Shown: positions 28,570 through 37,970 of the stretch, piece by piece | How the letters are laid out: the number at the start of each line of letters is the position of its first letter | Numbering within the stretch: the stretch's first letter is position 1 | From: Escherichia phage EP75 | Strand: one strand, 5' to 3' | Sequence record: MG748547 | Length of the DNA: 64,000 nucleotides | Notes under the pieces: generated by a model | Told to the model about the DNA's origin: nothing | Databases searched by the model: none | Seen by the model: only the letters and a program-made list of their open reading frames with translations | Translations under genes and position numbers: made by a program

Positions 28570-30153
28570 TTACTTGTATAGACCTTCAACATCAATGGAT
28601 TTATGTTGGCGGTTGTATTCCGTGGTGTAATCGTCTAATACCAGATATTCACAGCAGCGGATTTTACTGGAGCCATAATCATCAGTGATAGACACGATAT
28701 CTTTCGGGTTCAGTTTGCAACGGACAACGCGTTGTCCCAGGCTACCAAAACATTGTTTCAGATAAGCCAGAGAACAAACGTGAAGACCGTAAGAGCACAG
28801 ATCTTTGTTGTTATCGTTCACGAATGAGCGAGCCATCCGAACAATGGTGCCAGGAGCATTACTAACTTTTCCTGTGCGCTTGTCCATGTAGTTACCGCGA
28901 ACGGATTTATACAGGATGATATCACCGTCTTCATGAATTTCGATATCCGAATATGCCATGAATTCATAGATTCGACCGGACTGAACCAGCGCGGCGCTCG
29001 GGTTTTGGAACATTTTGTCCAGAAAACGACCCAAGCGTTCTAAGTTCGGATAATCGCCTTTTAATGCCAGTGCCAAAATGCGTTTGGCGACGGAAGTTCC
29101 CGTGATGTCATAGCCACCCCAGCGAACACGATTGTCTGAAAGGTCAACCATGCCTGTGGTGAATTTGCTGATGGCTTCACGCGGTTTCATCAGAGTGTAC
29201 GCTGTTTTGACGTCACGATTTTTAATCGCTTCAACAATACGATCATACGCCTGATGGCTTGTGGTTATCGTTTCCGGTTTGCCATCCATAACGATAACGA
29301 TGCTTTCCGGTAAAATCATGATCTGGTGCTCATTCAAGAACACTGACAGATCTTTTTCTTTAAATGAGTTTTGAGTTTGTTTGTCGCCAGACTCTTCCTC
29401 AACAGCCGTTGTCTTAACCGAGAAAACAACAGACGACAACGCCAGTCGAAGTGTACGCCCCAGAATTGCGTCAAAGTATCCCACACGCCGACGGGCATCA
29501 AGGGAACCGCGCATCGGGTATGTTTCGCCGTCATGTTGTACACTGATTACCACGCCGTCATTGACTTTGGTAACGCCATCAACCAGTGCTGTCGCCAATT
29601 CGGCCAACGGAGAAATGTTTTCTTCATTGAAGCGGCTTGACCGAGTTTCTAACGGTTTCAGTTCTTCGCTTCTGAAAAGTTTGGCCTGAATAGCAGCAGA
29701 GCTATCGTAACGCATACAGATAAACACTGTTTGGTTTTCCAGGAAACGGCCAACATACCATTCTTCGCCTTCAGAATCGACAGACACCGAACCTTCCAGA
29801 ACTTCATAGGTGTCGGGGATTTTCCCTTCTTCAGTCAATTCTTTAATTGGCGAAATCACGACCACGTTATTAGATTCTTTGATGATACGAACCATCAGGG
29901 CGCGGGCAATTGTTTTGGCACTGACGCCATAAACTGATGCCAGAGAAGAATTGCTTTCACCTTTGCTGCTCTTGGTTTGTATTTCTTGAATCTGTTCAGT
30001 GGTCAGAGACTTAATCGAAGCTGGATCCACTCCCAGTTCTTTATCCGACACGCGTTGTATCATTGAGCGCGGTACGCCCAATTCACTGGCTATTGAACTT
30101 TGACTTCTGTTCTCATTCAACAGCTTGAGAATACGTTTTTCTATAGCATTCAT
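28570..30153 (-). CDS. rIIB: rIIB-like protein, putative
   Basis: 527 aa immediately downstream of rIIA; N-terminal helix-turn-helix-like segments. Confidence 0.5.
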   Translation of the reverse strand: MNAIEKRILKLLNENRSQSSIASELGVPRSMIQRVSDKELGVDPASIKSLTTEQIQEIQTKSSKGESNSSLASVYGVSAKTIARALMVRIIKESNNVVVISPIKELTEEGKIPDTYEVLEGSVSVDSEGEEWYVGRFLENQTVFICMRYDSSAAIQAKLFRSEELKPLETRSSRFNEENISPLAELATALVDGVTKVNDGVVISVQHDGETYPMRGSLDARRRVGYFDAILGRTLRLALSSVVFSVKTTAVEEESGDKQTQNSFKEKDLSVFLNEHQIMILPESIVIVMDGKPETITTSHQAYDRIVEAIKNRDVKTAYTLMKPREAISKFTTGMVDLSDNRVRWGGYDITGTSVAKRILALALKGDYPNLERLGRFLDKMFQNPSAALVQSGRIYEFMAYSDIEIHEDGDIILYKSVRGNYMDKRTGKVSNAPGTIVRMARSFVNDNNKDLCSYGLHVCSLAYLKQCFGSLGQRVVRCKLNPKDIVSITDDYGSSKIRCCEYLVLDDYTTEYNRQHKSIDVEGLYK

Positions 30154-30185
30154 CTTGTAGTTCTCACTGTGGGGTAATGGGGCTA

Positions 30186-32927
30186 TTATGCCCCGAGAAT
30201 ACGTTTTGAAATAGCCTTCACAAATCTAGTGGCATCTTCAATCGCGTTGTGTGCCGAAGGCTGATATGTTGACATCATGAATTTCACCAAACGATGACAT
30301 TCAACTCGGTATCGGTTTTTGGCCTTTTGCTTTTGAGATATAGTGCTAGTGACCTTTATCTCATCAAATCCTTCAGCAGTTAATTTTTCATTCAATAAAT
30401 CAACAACTTGAGTTAACTGGTTACAGGCGCGGAAAAATCTCGTAGTTGAGAAAGGCATTTCTATATGATAATGTAATTCCTCAACAGCCTTGCGGAAATA
30501 ACCGTACCCCGATCCAGACGGATTTCGTTTGGCCAGCATACGAACAATCTTCCATTCTTCTTCAGTGATTTGTTGTTTCGCATAACCGATGATTGCTTTT
30601 GCCCTGTGTTGATGATGGGCATAGCCATCCGTAACTTTTCCATGGGAATCAATCAACAGCTTGGCACCATAATCAATGCGATGAGACATGATGTTTATGC
30701 CCTTGCGAAGTTTCAGGAGTTTCTTAGATTCAAGCGCCTGAAATTCATCTTTATAATGCTCAAGCAACATATCAAACACTGCGTCAATGGGGATGAATAC
30801 TTCAGGAAATTTCTTCATCATCGGAACAGATTTACGACGCGCAAGAACGATTGTTGGATGTGCTCCCAGCAAATCAAACAGGTTTTCGTTTCCATTCTCG
30901 CCGAACTTCGTTCTTTCCATCGCTTCACGCAAATGTCCAGCCGTGGATTGTCGTAAGGTATTACCATGAATTTTATGGATACCTTCTCGGCCAGATACTT
31001 CGATATATACGATCTTTTTGCCCGAATCAATAATATCTGAAACGGTTTTTCCATCTAATTCATAAACGCTGTCGAAGTTAAATGAATTGTAATGGAAACT
31101 AAACATCCCAGGATCTTTTTCAACGGTCGGGCGAACATATTCCATTTCATGCATGAAATAGACTTCATCCGGATTGAATAAATCGCCAAAGACCTCGATC
31201 AGTTTATCGGCAAAGACCAGGTAGTCCGGCGTTGTTTCTTGTACACCGATCCATGATTCAAAATAAGACTTCAATTCCTCATGGTTGGTAAATGATTCTT
31301 TATGTGCCGCCAGCTGATTCCGATTACTGAAATAATTTTCATTCGGTTTGACGACGATAACGACATTGAAGTTATTGCGTGCTGTTTGTATCTTCAGGTT
31401 TCGAGCACGATTCGAGTTATCAATAATAACAGCAATTTTTGATTTAGATTTCAACCAATTTCCGACAGAGTTCACATAAATGCTGTCGTGTACTACACCG
31501 TTGTCGTGTACTTCAATTTCGTAAGGACTACCAATAGACCGGAAAGGTGCATCCAAAGAGTAATCGCGCACGACGTCCGGCGCTCCGATATAACGGAACG
31601 TGCCTTTGTAGAAACGGTTATCTGCAGGAAATTCTCGCTCCACTAATTTACGGAAACCGCTACCGAACATATCAGTCAGCTGAGTCTTTTTCATATACAA
31701 CATAAGAGGACCCATTGACTCCGCTTGGCGAAGTTCATACATCTTCGCTTGCATGATATTTTCGGCCACATGCTTGAACACGCGGTTCAGGCTTTCACGA
31801 GTGAATTCGTCGTATGACAAGTCTTCGCGTGACGGCGGTACATTCAGTTCTCCAAGTTCGAAGAAGGTATAGGAACTCGGGAATTTTTCCAGCACGGTGC
31901 ATATTTCAGAGTCCAATTGGTCGAGATCTATCGGGTAAGAAACCCCGCCCATGACAGCATAGTGGATGTTGTCGGAATCTGACTTCGGTTGGATATATGT
32001 GTTGCCTACACGGTTTTCGAAGTTGATGTCAGACCAACGGAAAGAATAACTGGCGTTTTCAACCTTCGGTCGCATTGAAGGTCGCATCACTCGACCCAAA
32101 CGGACCAACTCTTGTTCAAAGGCGGTAAAACGCTGATTCTTTACAGGAACTTTAACAGTCAGGCCGTTGAACTCATCAGTGTCTTCCGGTTTAGGATCAC
32201 GGGTATCTAAATCCTTGGTAATGAGATCTACAGTTGGGATTCTGTCCGCATTCAGATACATCAGGAAGCGATACAGTTTCCCTTCATAGCGACTTTCTAC
32301 TGTAAATGAATCAGATACCGCAAATGGGGATTTAGAACCTAGCCCAAACGCCCCTATTTGCCCGTCGTCGTCCTCTTTTGTACTATGGAAGAGTGTTGTA
32401 TACAAACCAGGACCACGAATGATCTCGCCATCCTCAGCGCGGAATACCAGTACCCCATTATAATAACCAGGTGTACCAATAACAGCAGTGCTATCAGGGA
32501 TTTCGTCTTCCTTCACGACGATATTACCTTCAACCAGCACTTCATCTTCACGCGCTGTAATAGGCTCGCCGATGATCATTTCTAATGGAAGACCAACCCC
32601 ATAATCTTTAATTTCCAGCCAGGGTTCCATAACATCCGGTAAATGTACAACAACAGGAGTTCCCTTGGGGGCAAGATGTTTGCTGTATCGTTGAGGCATA
32701 GGAGTGAGAGGAGCATAATGCGATGGCATCCAGCGTTGTTGGCGATCACGCATATTATGTGAGTCTATACCATTACACAACGTCTCACGCAAAGACGCCG
32801 CCTCTTTATATTTGTAGAGACTTGAAAATAATGTTTCAAATAATTTATCCGTCATCTTGACATTGAATGTCTGTCCGACGATGGTAGAAGAAGAGCGCAC
32901 GAAATGCTCGGACTTGCGCATTTTCAT
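30186..32927 (-). CDS. rIIA: rIIA protein (GHKL ATPase-like N-terminus)
   Basis: 913 aa; 'GAFGLGSKSPF' G-x-G-x-G GHKL motif. Confidence 0.7.
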   Translation of the reverse strand: MKMRKSEHFVRSSSTIVGQTFNVKMTDKLFETLFSSLYKYKEAASLRETLCNGIDSHNMRDRQQRWMPSHYAPLTPMPQRYSKHLAPKGTPVVVHLPDVMEPWLEIKDYGVGLPLEMIIGEPITAREDEVLVEGNIVVKEDEIPDSTAVIGTPGYYNGVLVFRAEDGEIIRGPGLYTTLFHSTKEDDDGQIGAFGLGSKSPFAVSDSFTVESRYEGKLYRFLMYLNADRIPTVDLITKDLDTRDPKPEDTDEFNGLTVKVPVKNQRFTAFEQELVRLGRVMRPSMRPKVENASYSFRWSDINFENRVGNTYIQPKSDSDNIHYAVMGGVSYPIDLDQLDSEICTVLEKFPSSYTFFELGELNVPPSREDLSYDEFTRESLNRVFKHVAENIMQAKMYELRQAESMGPLMLYMKKTQLTDMFGSGFRKLVEREFPADNRFYKGTFRYIGAPDVVRDYSLDAPFRSIGSPYEIEVHDNGVVHDSIYVNSVGNWLKSKSKIAVIIDNSNRARNLKIQTARNNFNVVIVVKPNENYFSNRNQLAAHKESFTNHEELKSYFESWIGVQETTPDYLVFADKLIEVFGDLFNPDEVYFMHEMEYVRPTVEKDPGMFSFHYNSFNFDSVYELDGKTVSDIIDSGKKIVYIEVSGREGIHKIHGNTLRQSTAGHLREAMERTKFGENGNENLFDLLGAHPTIVLARRKSVPMMKKFPEVFIPIDAVFDMLLEHYKDEFQALESKKLLKLRKGINIMSHRIDYGAKLLIDSHGKVTDGYAHHQHRAKAIIGYAKQQITEEEWKIVRMLAKRNPSGSGYGYFRKAVEELHYHIEMPFSTTRFFRACNQLTQVVDLLNEKLTAEGFDEIKVTSTISQKQKAKNRYRVECHRLVKFMMSTYQPSAHNAIEDATRFVKAISKRILGA

Positions 32928-33005
32928 AGTATAGAATTCCTGTTCAGATCAAAGAAGAACACATTATTGGGTAAGGTTATGATACTGGCGGGTGGTTCAA
33001 TAGAA

Positions 33006-33025
33006 AAGCCTCCAATCGGAGGCTT
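33006..33025 (-). terminator. intrinsic terminator
   Basis: AAGCCTCC-AATC-GGAGGCTT hairpin with T-run on minus strand. Confidence 0.6.
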
Positions 33026-33034
33026 TAATCAGGA

Positions 33035-33388
33035 TTAACTTCCCTGAACGTTTACAACGGTGGCGTTGAAATTGAATATCGGGTGGGTGGCACCTGGCTC
33101 TAACGTCTCTTCCAGATAACCCACAATATTGCGTGTCACAGATTTCGGCTCTGCGCGGGAAGGCTTCGTTGCGCCGAGGTCAATAATGCTCGAAGTGACT
33201 TGTTCAACCTGAGTGTGATTGACAACAAAATGATAACGACTACCGAAGGCCGCAACTTCAACTTCTGTTATTTCTAAACCACTCAATTCAGAGCTGTTCA
33301 ACTGCTTCACATTCAATTGAGAGCGGAGGTGCTCTACAATATTGCTGTAAACATATTGTGGTGTGATCAGCTGTTCAATAGAACTCAT
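33035..33388 (-). CDS. hypothetical protein (117 aa)
   Basis: ORF in operon. Confidence 0.45.
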   Translation of the reverse strand: MSSIEQLITPQYVYSNIVEHLRSQLNVKQLNSSELSGLEITEVEVAAFGSRYHFVVNHTQVEQVTSSIIDLGATKPSRAEPKSVTRNIVGYLEETLEPGATHPIFNFNATVVNVQGS

Positions 33389-33557
33389 GACATATCCTCA
33401 TTTCTTTGGGGGTTTATTGTTACTTAAACGGATCACCTCTGCTCGAAGGAAGAGGATTTCATCGGCCATCATTTTACCTTCTTGAAACATAACATGACAT
33501 CGTGATGATCTGGGTTCACCTTCCGATAATGCGTAAAGGCGATATTCGGGGATGACA

Positions 33558-33764
33558 TCATTTACGGCGTTTCTTTTTGTTCTTTCCATGGGTCTTGGCC
33601 TTTTTAGGACGACTGACGGAAGGACGAGCATGCCCAGGTTCCCCAGGGGTACACCCTTGTGCATAACGATGATCATCCCAGAGACGACCATTATGCGTCA
33701 TATCTTCAGCCATGGCGGACAAAGCAAGGGTTGCTACAGCCGCAGCAGATAATGGTTTAGACAT
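33558..33764 (-). CDS. small secreted/basic protein candidate (about 68 aa)
   Basis: 'MSKPLSAAAVATLALSAMA' signal-peptide-like N-terminus then Lys/Arg-rich tail; competes with overlapping ORF 33398..33691. Confidence 0.3.
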   Translation of the reverse strand: MSKPLSAAAVATLALSAMAEDMTHNGRLWDDHRYAQGCTPGEPGHARPSVSRPKKAKTHGKNKKKRRK

Positions 33765-34203
33765 TTGTTTCTCCTTTTGCTGCATACGACAGAGCTTTTA
33801 CGATCATAACAGCCAAACCGATAGGATCGTATGCATTGTCGAATTCTTGTTCTATGTTCTGACGAATTTCATCAGAAGATTGTACTTCAGAGCAGTTCTT
33901 ACTCTGTCTGCGTTGCTCTTGCTCGACTAGATCTTTGAACAGAAGGTCTTTGAAAGAATACTCATCGAAGTTTTCAAGATACCGTTGGATGCTTGGTTGT
34001 TTTACATCCATCGTTTGACGCAAATTGCTAATAGTTGAACTTGCCTGTTCGCGGTGTTTGTTCATAACAGCAAAGTTAACGGGCTTGCCCCAAGCATTCA
34101 TCACTGGATTAGAGCATACTTGGCCAAAGAGATCTTGGAAGGCATCATCCATGTGGATCAACGCAGTGGCCAATTCCTCATAAGTCGGTTTTTGAGTAGT
34201 CAT
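33757..34203 (-). CDS. hypothetical protein (148 aa)
   Basis: ORF in operon. Confidence 0.45.
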   Translation of the reverse strand: MTTQKPTYEELATALIHMDDAFQDLFGQVCSNPVMNAWGKPVNFAVMNKHREQASSTISNLRQTMDVKQPSIQRYLENFDEYSFKDLLFKDLVEQEQRRQSKNCSEVQSSDEIRQNIEQEFDNAYDPIGLAVMIVKALSYAAKGETNV

Positions 34204-34577
34204 TTTCGTTTACTCCGATTTTTATATTTCTTAGCCTGACGTTTATGTTGGGCGGCTCCATATAGGCGCGGCGGCTTTTGATAACGTTGTGACGCAATTA
34301 TGTCTCTGTCATCGGCTTCACAATACGAAATATCTGCCTTCCGTAACTGAGCCACCGCTTGAGATACCAAGGTTTTGCGTTCACTTTCTACCAGATCATC
34401 ACAAATTATCATGCGTTCACCTGGTTCACAACGACGTTTAGGAATATCGTCTACACTGATACATTCTACTTCAACGCCTTTCAACTTTTCTTGAAGGATA
34501 AAGGCCATAGCACGAGCGCCCACCCCTCCTCCAATAATTGCAATCTTTCTTGGCTTGTCAGACATAATACATTCCAT
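34200..34577 (-). CDS. mini Rossmann-like protein (about 120 aa)
   Basis: N-terminal 'KIAIIGGGVGARAMA' dinucleotide-binding motif in an unusually short ORF. Confidence 0.4.
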   Translation of the reverse strand: MECIMSDKPRKIAIIGGGVGARAMAFILQEKLKGVEVECISVDDIPKRRCEPGERMIICDDLVESERKTLVSQAVAQLRKADISYCEADDRDIIASQRYQKPPRLYGAAQHKRQAKKYKNRSKRK

Positions 34578-34582
34578 AAAAA

Positions 34583-34612
34583 GGAGGATAGAGCAATAAT
34601 ACCCTATCCCCC
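34583..34612 (-). terminator. terminator-like hairpin
   Basis: GGAGGATAG-loop-CTATCCCCC stem with T-run on minus strand; TTCAATAAA motif directly upstream. Confidence 0.45.
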
Positions 34613-34627
34613 TTTATTGAAGAACGA

Positions 34628-35071
34628 TTAGTCTTTGGATTCTACTTTATCACCGCGCAGATCCTGGACGGGTTTGCCATCCGGCGACATGATGTAGATG
34701 GTGTTAATTGTCTCAAACCAGGATAGTTCATCAACTCCTTCAGTGTATGGAGTTACCGGAACTGAAGTTTTGATATGATCACCATCGTTATTTGGGGTGC
34801 CATCAGACTTCAGCACTGGCACCAGGAAGGCGAAACGACCATTTGGATAAATCACCCCGCCTTTAAACATCCGGATCTTCTTGCGAGGGTTGTTGGCCTC
34901 GCCAAGGCACACGACCAGATGATGGATCATCTCCGGACGGGTAAGCAACGTGTCGTCACGGATGATACCCTGTTTAATAGCGGAGATCACCACTTCGTCC
35001 AACAGCGCCTGCTGCTGGTCCAGCGTCAGTGATTCAGTAAGTTTCAGAGCCATTATTCGTACCCCAAACAT
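34628..35071 (-). CDS. hypothetical protein (about 140 aa)
   Basis: ORF in operon. Confidence 0.45.
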   Translation of the reverse strand: MFGVRIMALKLTESLTLDQQQALLDEVVISAIKQGIIRDDTLLTRPEMIHHLVVCLGEANNPRKKIRMFKGGVIYPNGRFAFLVPVLKSDGTPNNDGDHIKTSVPVTPYTEGVDELSWFETINTIYIMSPDGKPVQDLRGDKVESKD

Positions 35072-35185
35072 TTGTTTAAGAAAGTCAGGACATCGTCCAT
35101 GGTCTTGACCTCAATTTCAATGCCGAGTTGTTCCGCCAACTTGTTGGTGTTCTCGACGATCTCTTTGTCTCGCGCTGACATGATG

Positions 35186-35755
35186 TCAGCCTTTGAAGTT
35201 GATCGGTTTCTGAACCCCAGCGTCAAACGCGGCCTGGGTGCGGGTATCGCTCACCACCTGGCAGGTCTTGTCAAGATCGATGCGCGGGTAGCCAAACACA
35301 CCAGCAATCAACGAACCAGGGAACTGAGCCAGCTTGGTTTCGTACATCGCGCAGATGTCAAGCTTCTTGGTCTGACTGATACGGAACTCATCGCGGCCTG
35401 AGCTGATGACAACCTGGATCTCTTTGTACAGGCTGGAATCGAACTGAATGTTCTGTTCCTGGATCCACTGCATCACAGCCTTGGAACCATCAGCGCCATA
35501 ACGCCCTTCGAATGTACCTTTGATCACTTCCTTCAGGCCGTCTTTGTACATGTCAGGAATCTGCGCCGTCTCCTGAACTTTGAGCGTGTAGTTGCTCAGG
35601 TAGTTCTCGGAGTCTTTGTTGAACTTCTTGACCTGCTGCTCAGTGCGGTTGAAGTCGTTGAAATAACTGACGAAACTACCAACACCGATTACAACAAAAG
35701 CCAGAATCGCCAAACCGATGATCCAACCAATTGAAATACCTTTACGCTGCGACAT
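35186..35755 (-). CDS. LemA family membrane protein, putative
   Basis: 189 aa with one N-terminal transmembrane helix and LemA-like length and composition; by-eye call. Confidence 0.5.
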   Translation of the reverse strand: MSQRKGISIGWIIGLAILAFVVIGVGSFVSYFNDFNRTEQQVKKFNKDSENYLSNYTLKVQETAQIPDMYKDGLKEVIKGTFEGRYGADGSKAVMQWIQEQNIQFDSSLYKEIQVVISSGRDEFRISQTKKLDICAMYETKLAQFPGSLIAGVFGYPRIDLDKTCQVVSDTRTQAAFDAGVQKPINFKG

Positions 35756-35770
35756 CTTTACTTCCTCTTG

Positions 35771-36880
35771 TTAAAACAAACGTTTGTAAGTGCGACCATT
35801 GTACTGCATATGGCCTAATATGAAAATTGCGGTAAACGGAACACAACCTAATAAAACGACGATAATCACTTCCCATGTCTTGAGGTCACGCCATTTCAGA
35901 TACTCCATTTCCTTCATTTCAACGCGGTTATAGCCTTTGCTTATATTGACTGCAACTTCTTGGAATACTGATATCCCCATGGGTTTGCCAGTCAATGAAA
36001 GACCGTTTCGGGAATGAAGTTCCATGTTATTCATCCCATCAGCAAATGACGTGGATTTACCCCAATTGATTTTCATATCCTTCGATATGTCAGTAACCAC
36101 AATGACATCGTTCTTTTTACCACCAGACCATGCATATAGCAGCCCCTGAAAATATTCCACAGGCTGGCCAGAAGTCACTACCCACACGATATTGACCTGA
36201 CGTGATGCCCCCAATGTTTTCAAAGTGTTGTTCAGATAATCATTCCAATAATCAACGGGAATATCCATCCCTGACATATTCAAAACACGGGTTACTCGGT
36301 AATAATCATACACCCTCGGATATGACGGGATATGATCTTTGAACTTCTCAGCGAATTGCTGGTCAGATTTAGAGAATAATGAATCTTTGTTGCCCAGCAC
36401 ATAATTCATATATGAATGTTCACGTGCCGCAGGTTCCCCGATTTTAACTTGTGCCCAACGCGGAGGCTCTGTAGTACCCTGACGATCAATACGGTCAATG
36501 CTCAGATCACCGACGGTTGTTAATACGTCCCAATCAACGTCATAAGAGTGCTCATAGCACGTGCTGCAATGACGCGTTTGTGTACAAGATCGGTTATTTC
36601 CTGAACCAGAGCAAGAAGTTGTGTAATAGCACATACATTCATAAGAATGGCTACAACCCACCTTATTTCGTTGCTTGTCAGTAACGTACCCATTCAAAAT
36701 TTCAACATCTCCCGAACTACCCAGGGAAAATGCAGCGTATGCTCCCGACTGGATAAGGCAAGACAATACGATAACAATGGCCGTGGCGATCAAAGTCTCC
36801 TTTGGCTCATGAGTCTTGCGGTGATATATCACAAACAAGATGGCCAAAATTACAGGAACCACAAACAGAAGGTAAATCAT
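35771..36880 (-). CDS. Cys-rich membrane protein (N- and C-terminal transmembrane helices)
   Basis: 369 aa; transmembrane helices at both ends; 'CSHSYECMCYYTTSCSGSGNNRSCTQTRHCSTCYEH' cluster. Confidence 0.5.
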   Translation of the reverse strand: MIYLLFVVPVILAILFVIYHRKTHEPKETLIATAIVIVLSCLIQSGAYAAFSLGSSGDVEILNGYVTDKQRNKVGCSHSYECMCYYTTSCSGSGNNRSCTQTRHCSTCYEHSYDVDWDVLTTVGDLSIDRIDRQGTTEPPRWAQVKIGEPAAREHSYMNYVLGNKDSLFSKSDQQFAEKFKDHIPSYPRVYDYYRVTRVLNMSGMDIPVDYWNDYLNNTLKTLGASRQVNIVWVVTSGQPVEYFQGLLYAWSGGKKNDVIVVTDISKDMKINWGKSTSFADGMNNMELHSRNGLSLTGKPMGISVFQEVAVNISKGYNRVEMKEMEYLKWRDLKTWEVIIVVLLGCVPFTAIFILGHMQYNGRTYKRLF

Positions 36881-37263
36881 AACACACCATCCACGAGTTG
36901 TTCCTTCGTCATACCAAGAAGTTGATTTTTATGAGAACTGTGCGCCCCGTTCAATTTGAGCAATTCCCAGCGTTCTTCATGATACTGTGGAGTTATTGCA
37001 TCGTCAAAAGAAACATGGTGGCGATGCATAATTGTTGCAACGGTGTGAAGAACGATTGCTGTTGCTCTTTTTAAAGCACGTGTATCCGTGATGTGGTCTT
37101 CGTATTCGATTCCCATCAAATCGAGTTCTTTTCGGATATATGCTATAGACAAATCACCTTCAGAATGCAATTTAACGATAGTCGCTTTCTTAGGATGTAA
37201 CACGCCGTCTGTTTCTTTCATGAACAGATCGTACAAATATTGTTTGTATTCGGGGCGCTTCAT
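36877..37263 (-). CDS. hypothetical protein (128 aa)
   Basis: ORF in operon. Confidence 0.45.
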   Translation of the reverse strand: MKRPEYKQYLYDLFMKETDGVLHPKKATIVKLHSEGDLSIAYIRKELDLMGIEYEDHITDTRALKRATAIVLHTVATIMHRHHVSFDDAITPQYHEERWELLKLNGAHSSHKNQLLGMTKEQLVDGVL

Positions 37264-37481
37264 CTCGTAATCCCTCCGGCACAGATAATATTCAGTTCAC
37301 CGCGACGGAAACCGCCTTGCCCACCGTTCAATTTAGTCGGAAGCGTATCTTGAACTTTTTGTGCGAACCCTTCCGACACTACCAGATGACCCTTTTCTTG
37401 TTTCGGGGTAGATTCAAAATAATCGCCAAATGTCGCTTCCATATCGAGCACAGACATGTCTTCAATTCGTTGCATTGCCAT
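37260..37481 (-). CDS. hypothetical protein (73 aa)
   Basis: ORF in operon. Confidence 0.4.
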   Translation of the reverse strand: MAMQRIEDMSVLDMEATFGDYFESTPKQEKGHLVVSEGFAQKVQDTLPTKLNGGQGGFRRGELNIICAGGITR

Positions 37482-37492
37482 GATATAGGACC

Positions 37493-37684
37493 TCAGTATA
37501 ATTTCGTATAAACTTGTTTAACGCCAATATCGGCAGGAGCTGTGCTCTGCTGCATATTATAGAATGCCAAATCTGCTTGTTCTTTGTTTTCAAAATCAAC
37601 TACAACTGTGTGTACTGATATTGCTTCACCCTGTCCATAAGCATAACAACGGCTGGTGACCAATATTTTGTATTGAGGTGTCAT
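37493..37684 (-). CDS. hypothetical protein (63 aa)
   Basis: ORF in operon. Confidence 0.4.
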   Translation of the reverse strand: MTPQYKILVTSRCYAYGQGEAISVHTVVVDFENKEQADLAFYNMQQSTAPADIGVKQVYTKLY

Positions 37685-37706
37685 AAATCAATCCTTGCAA
37701 AAGAAA

Positions 37707-37736
37707 GGGGAACGGGCTAATAATAACCCATTCCCC
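37707..37736 (-). terminator. intrinsic terminator
   Basis: GGGGAACGGG-loop-CCCATTCCCC stem with TTTCTTTT on minus strand; near-identical flank to the 34583 hairpin. Confidence 0.55.
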
Positions 37737-37764
37737 TTTATTGAAGAACGCAATCGCAGTCAGA

Positions 37765-37932
37765 TTACTTTTTCTTCAGCTCTTCCAGCTTGGCTTCAAT
37801 TTGGTCCAGAATCTCTTTACCTTTCTGGACGATGGCTTCACCGTCTTGCGCGTGTTTACGAAAAACCAGAGCGCCAGCTACGAAGCCGACAACAACGCCA
37901 GGAAGCGCATACACCAACAGATCTTGTAACAT
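37765..37932 (-). CDS. small membrane protein (55 aa), not in ORF track
   Basis: ATG 37932 with GAGGAAA ribosome-binding site; MLQDLLVYALPGVVVGFVAGALVFRKHAQDGEAIVQKGKEILDQIEAKLEELKKK; plus-strand ORFs 37695..37934 and 37741..37929 are its antisense shadow. Confidence 0.45.
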   Translation of the reverse strand: MLQDLLVYALPGVVVGFVAGALVFRKHAQDGEAIVQKGKEILDQIEAKLEELKKK

Positions 37933-37970
37933 GATTTATTTCCTCACTTTTATAAGCAAGGATATTTATA

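Noticed and set aside
33398-33691. 97-aa track ORF overlapping the signal-peptide ORF
   Set aside because: N-terminal third overlaps a more plausible ORF in another frame; only its C-terminal part from an internal ATG near 33589 could be real, so not listed separately.
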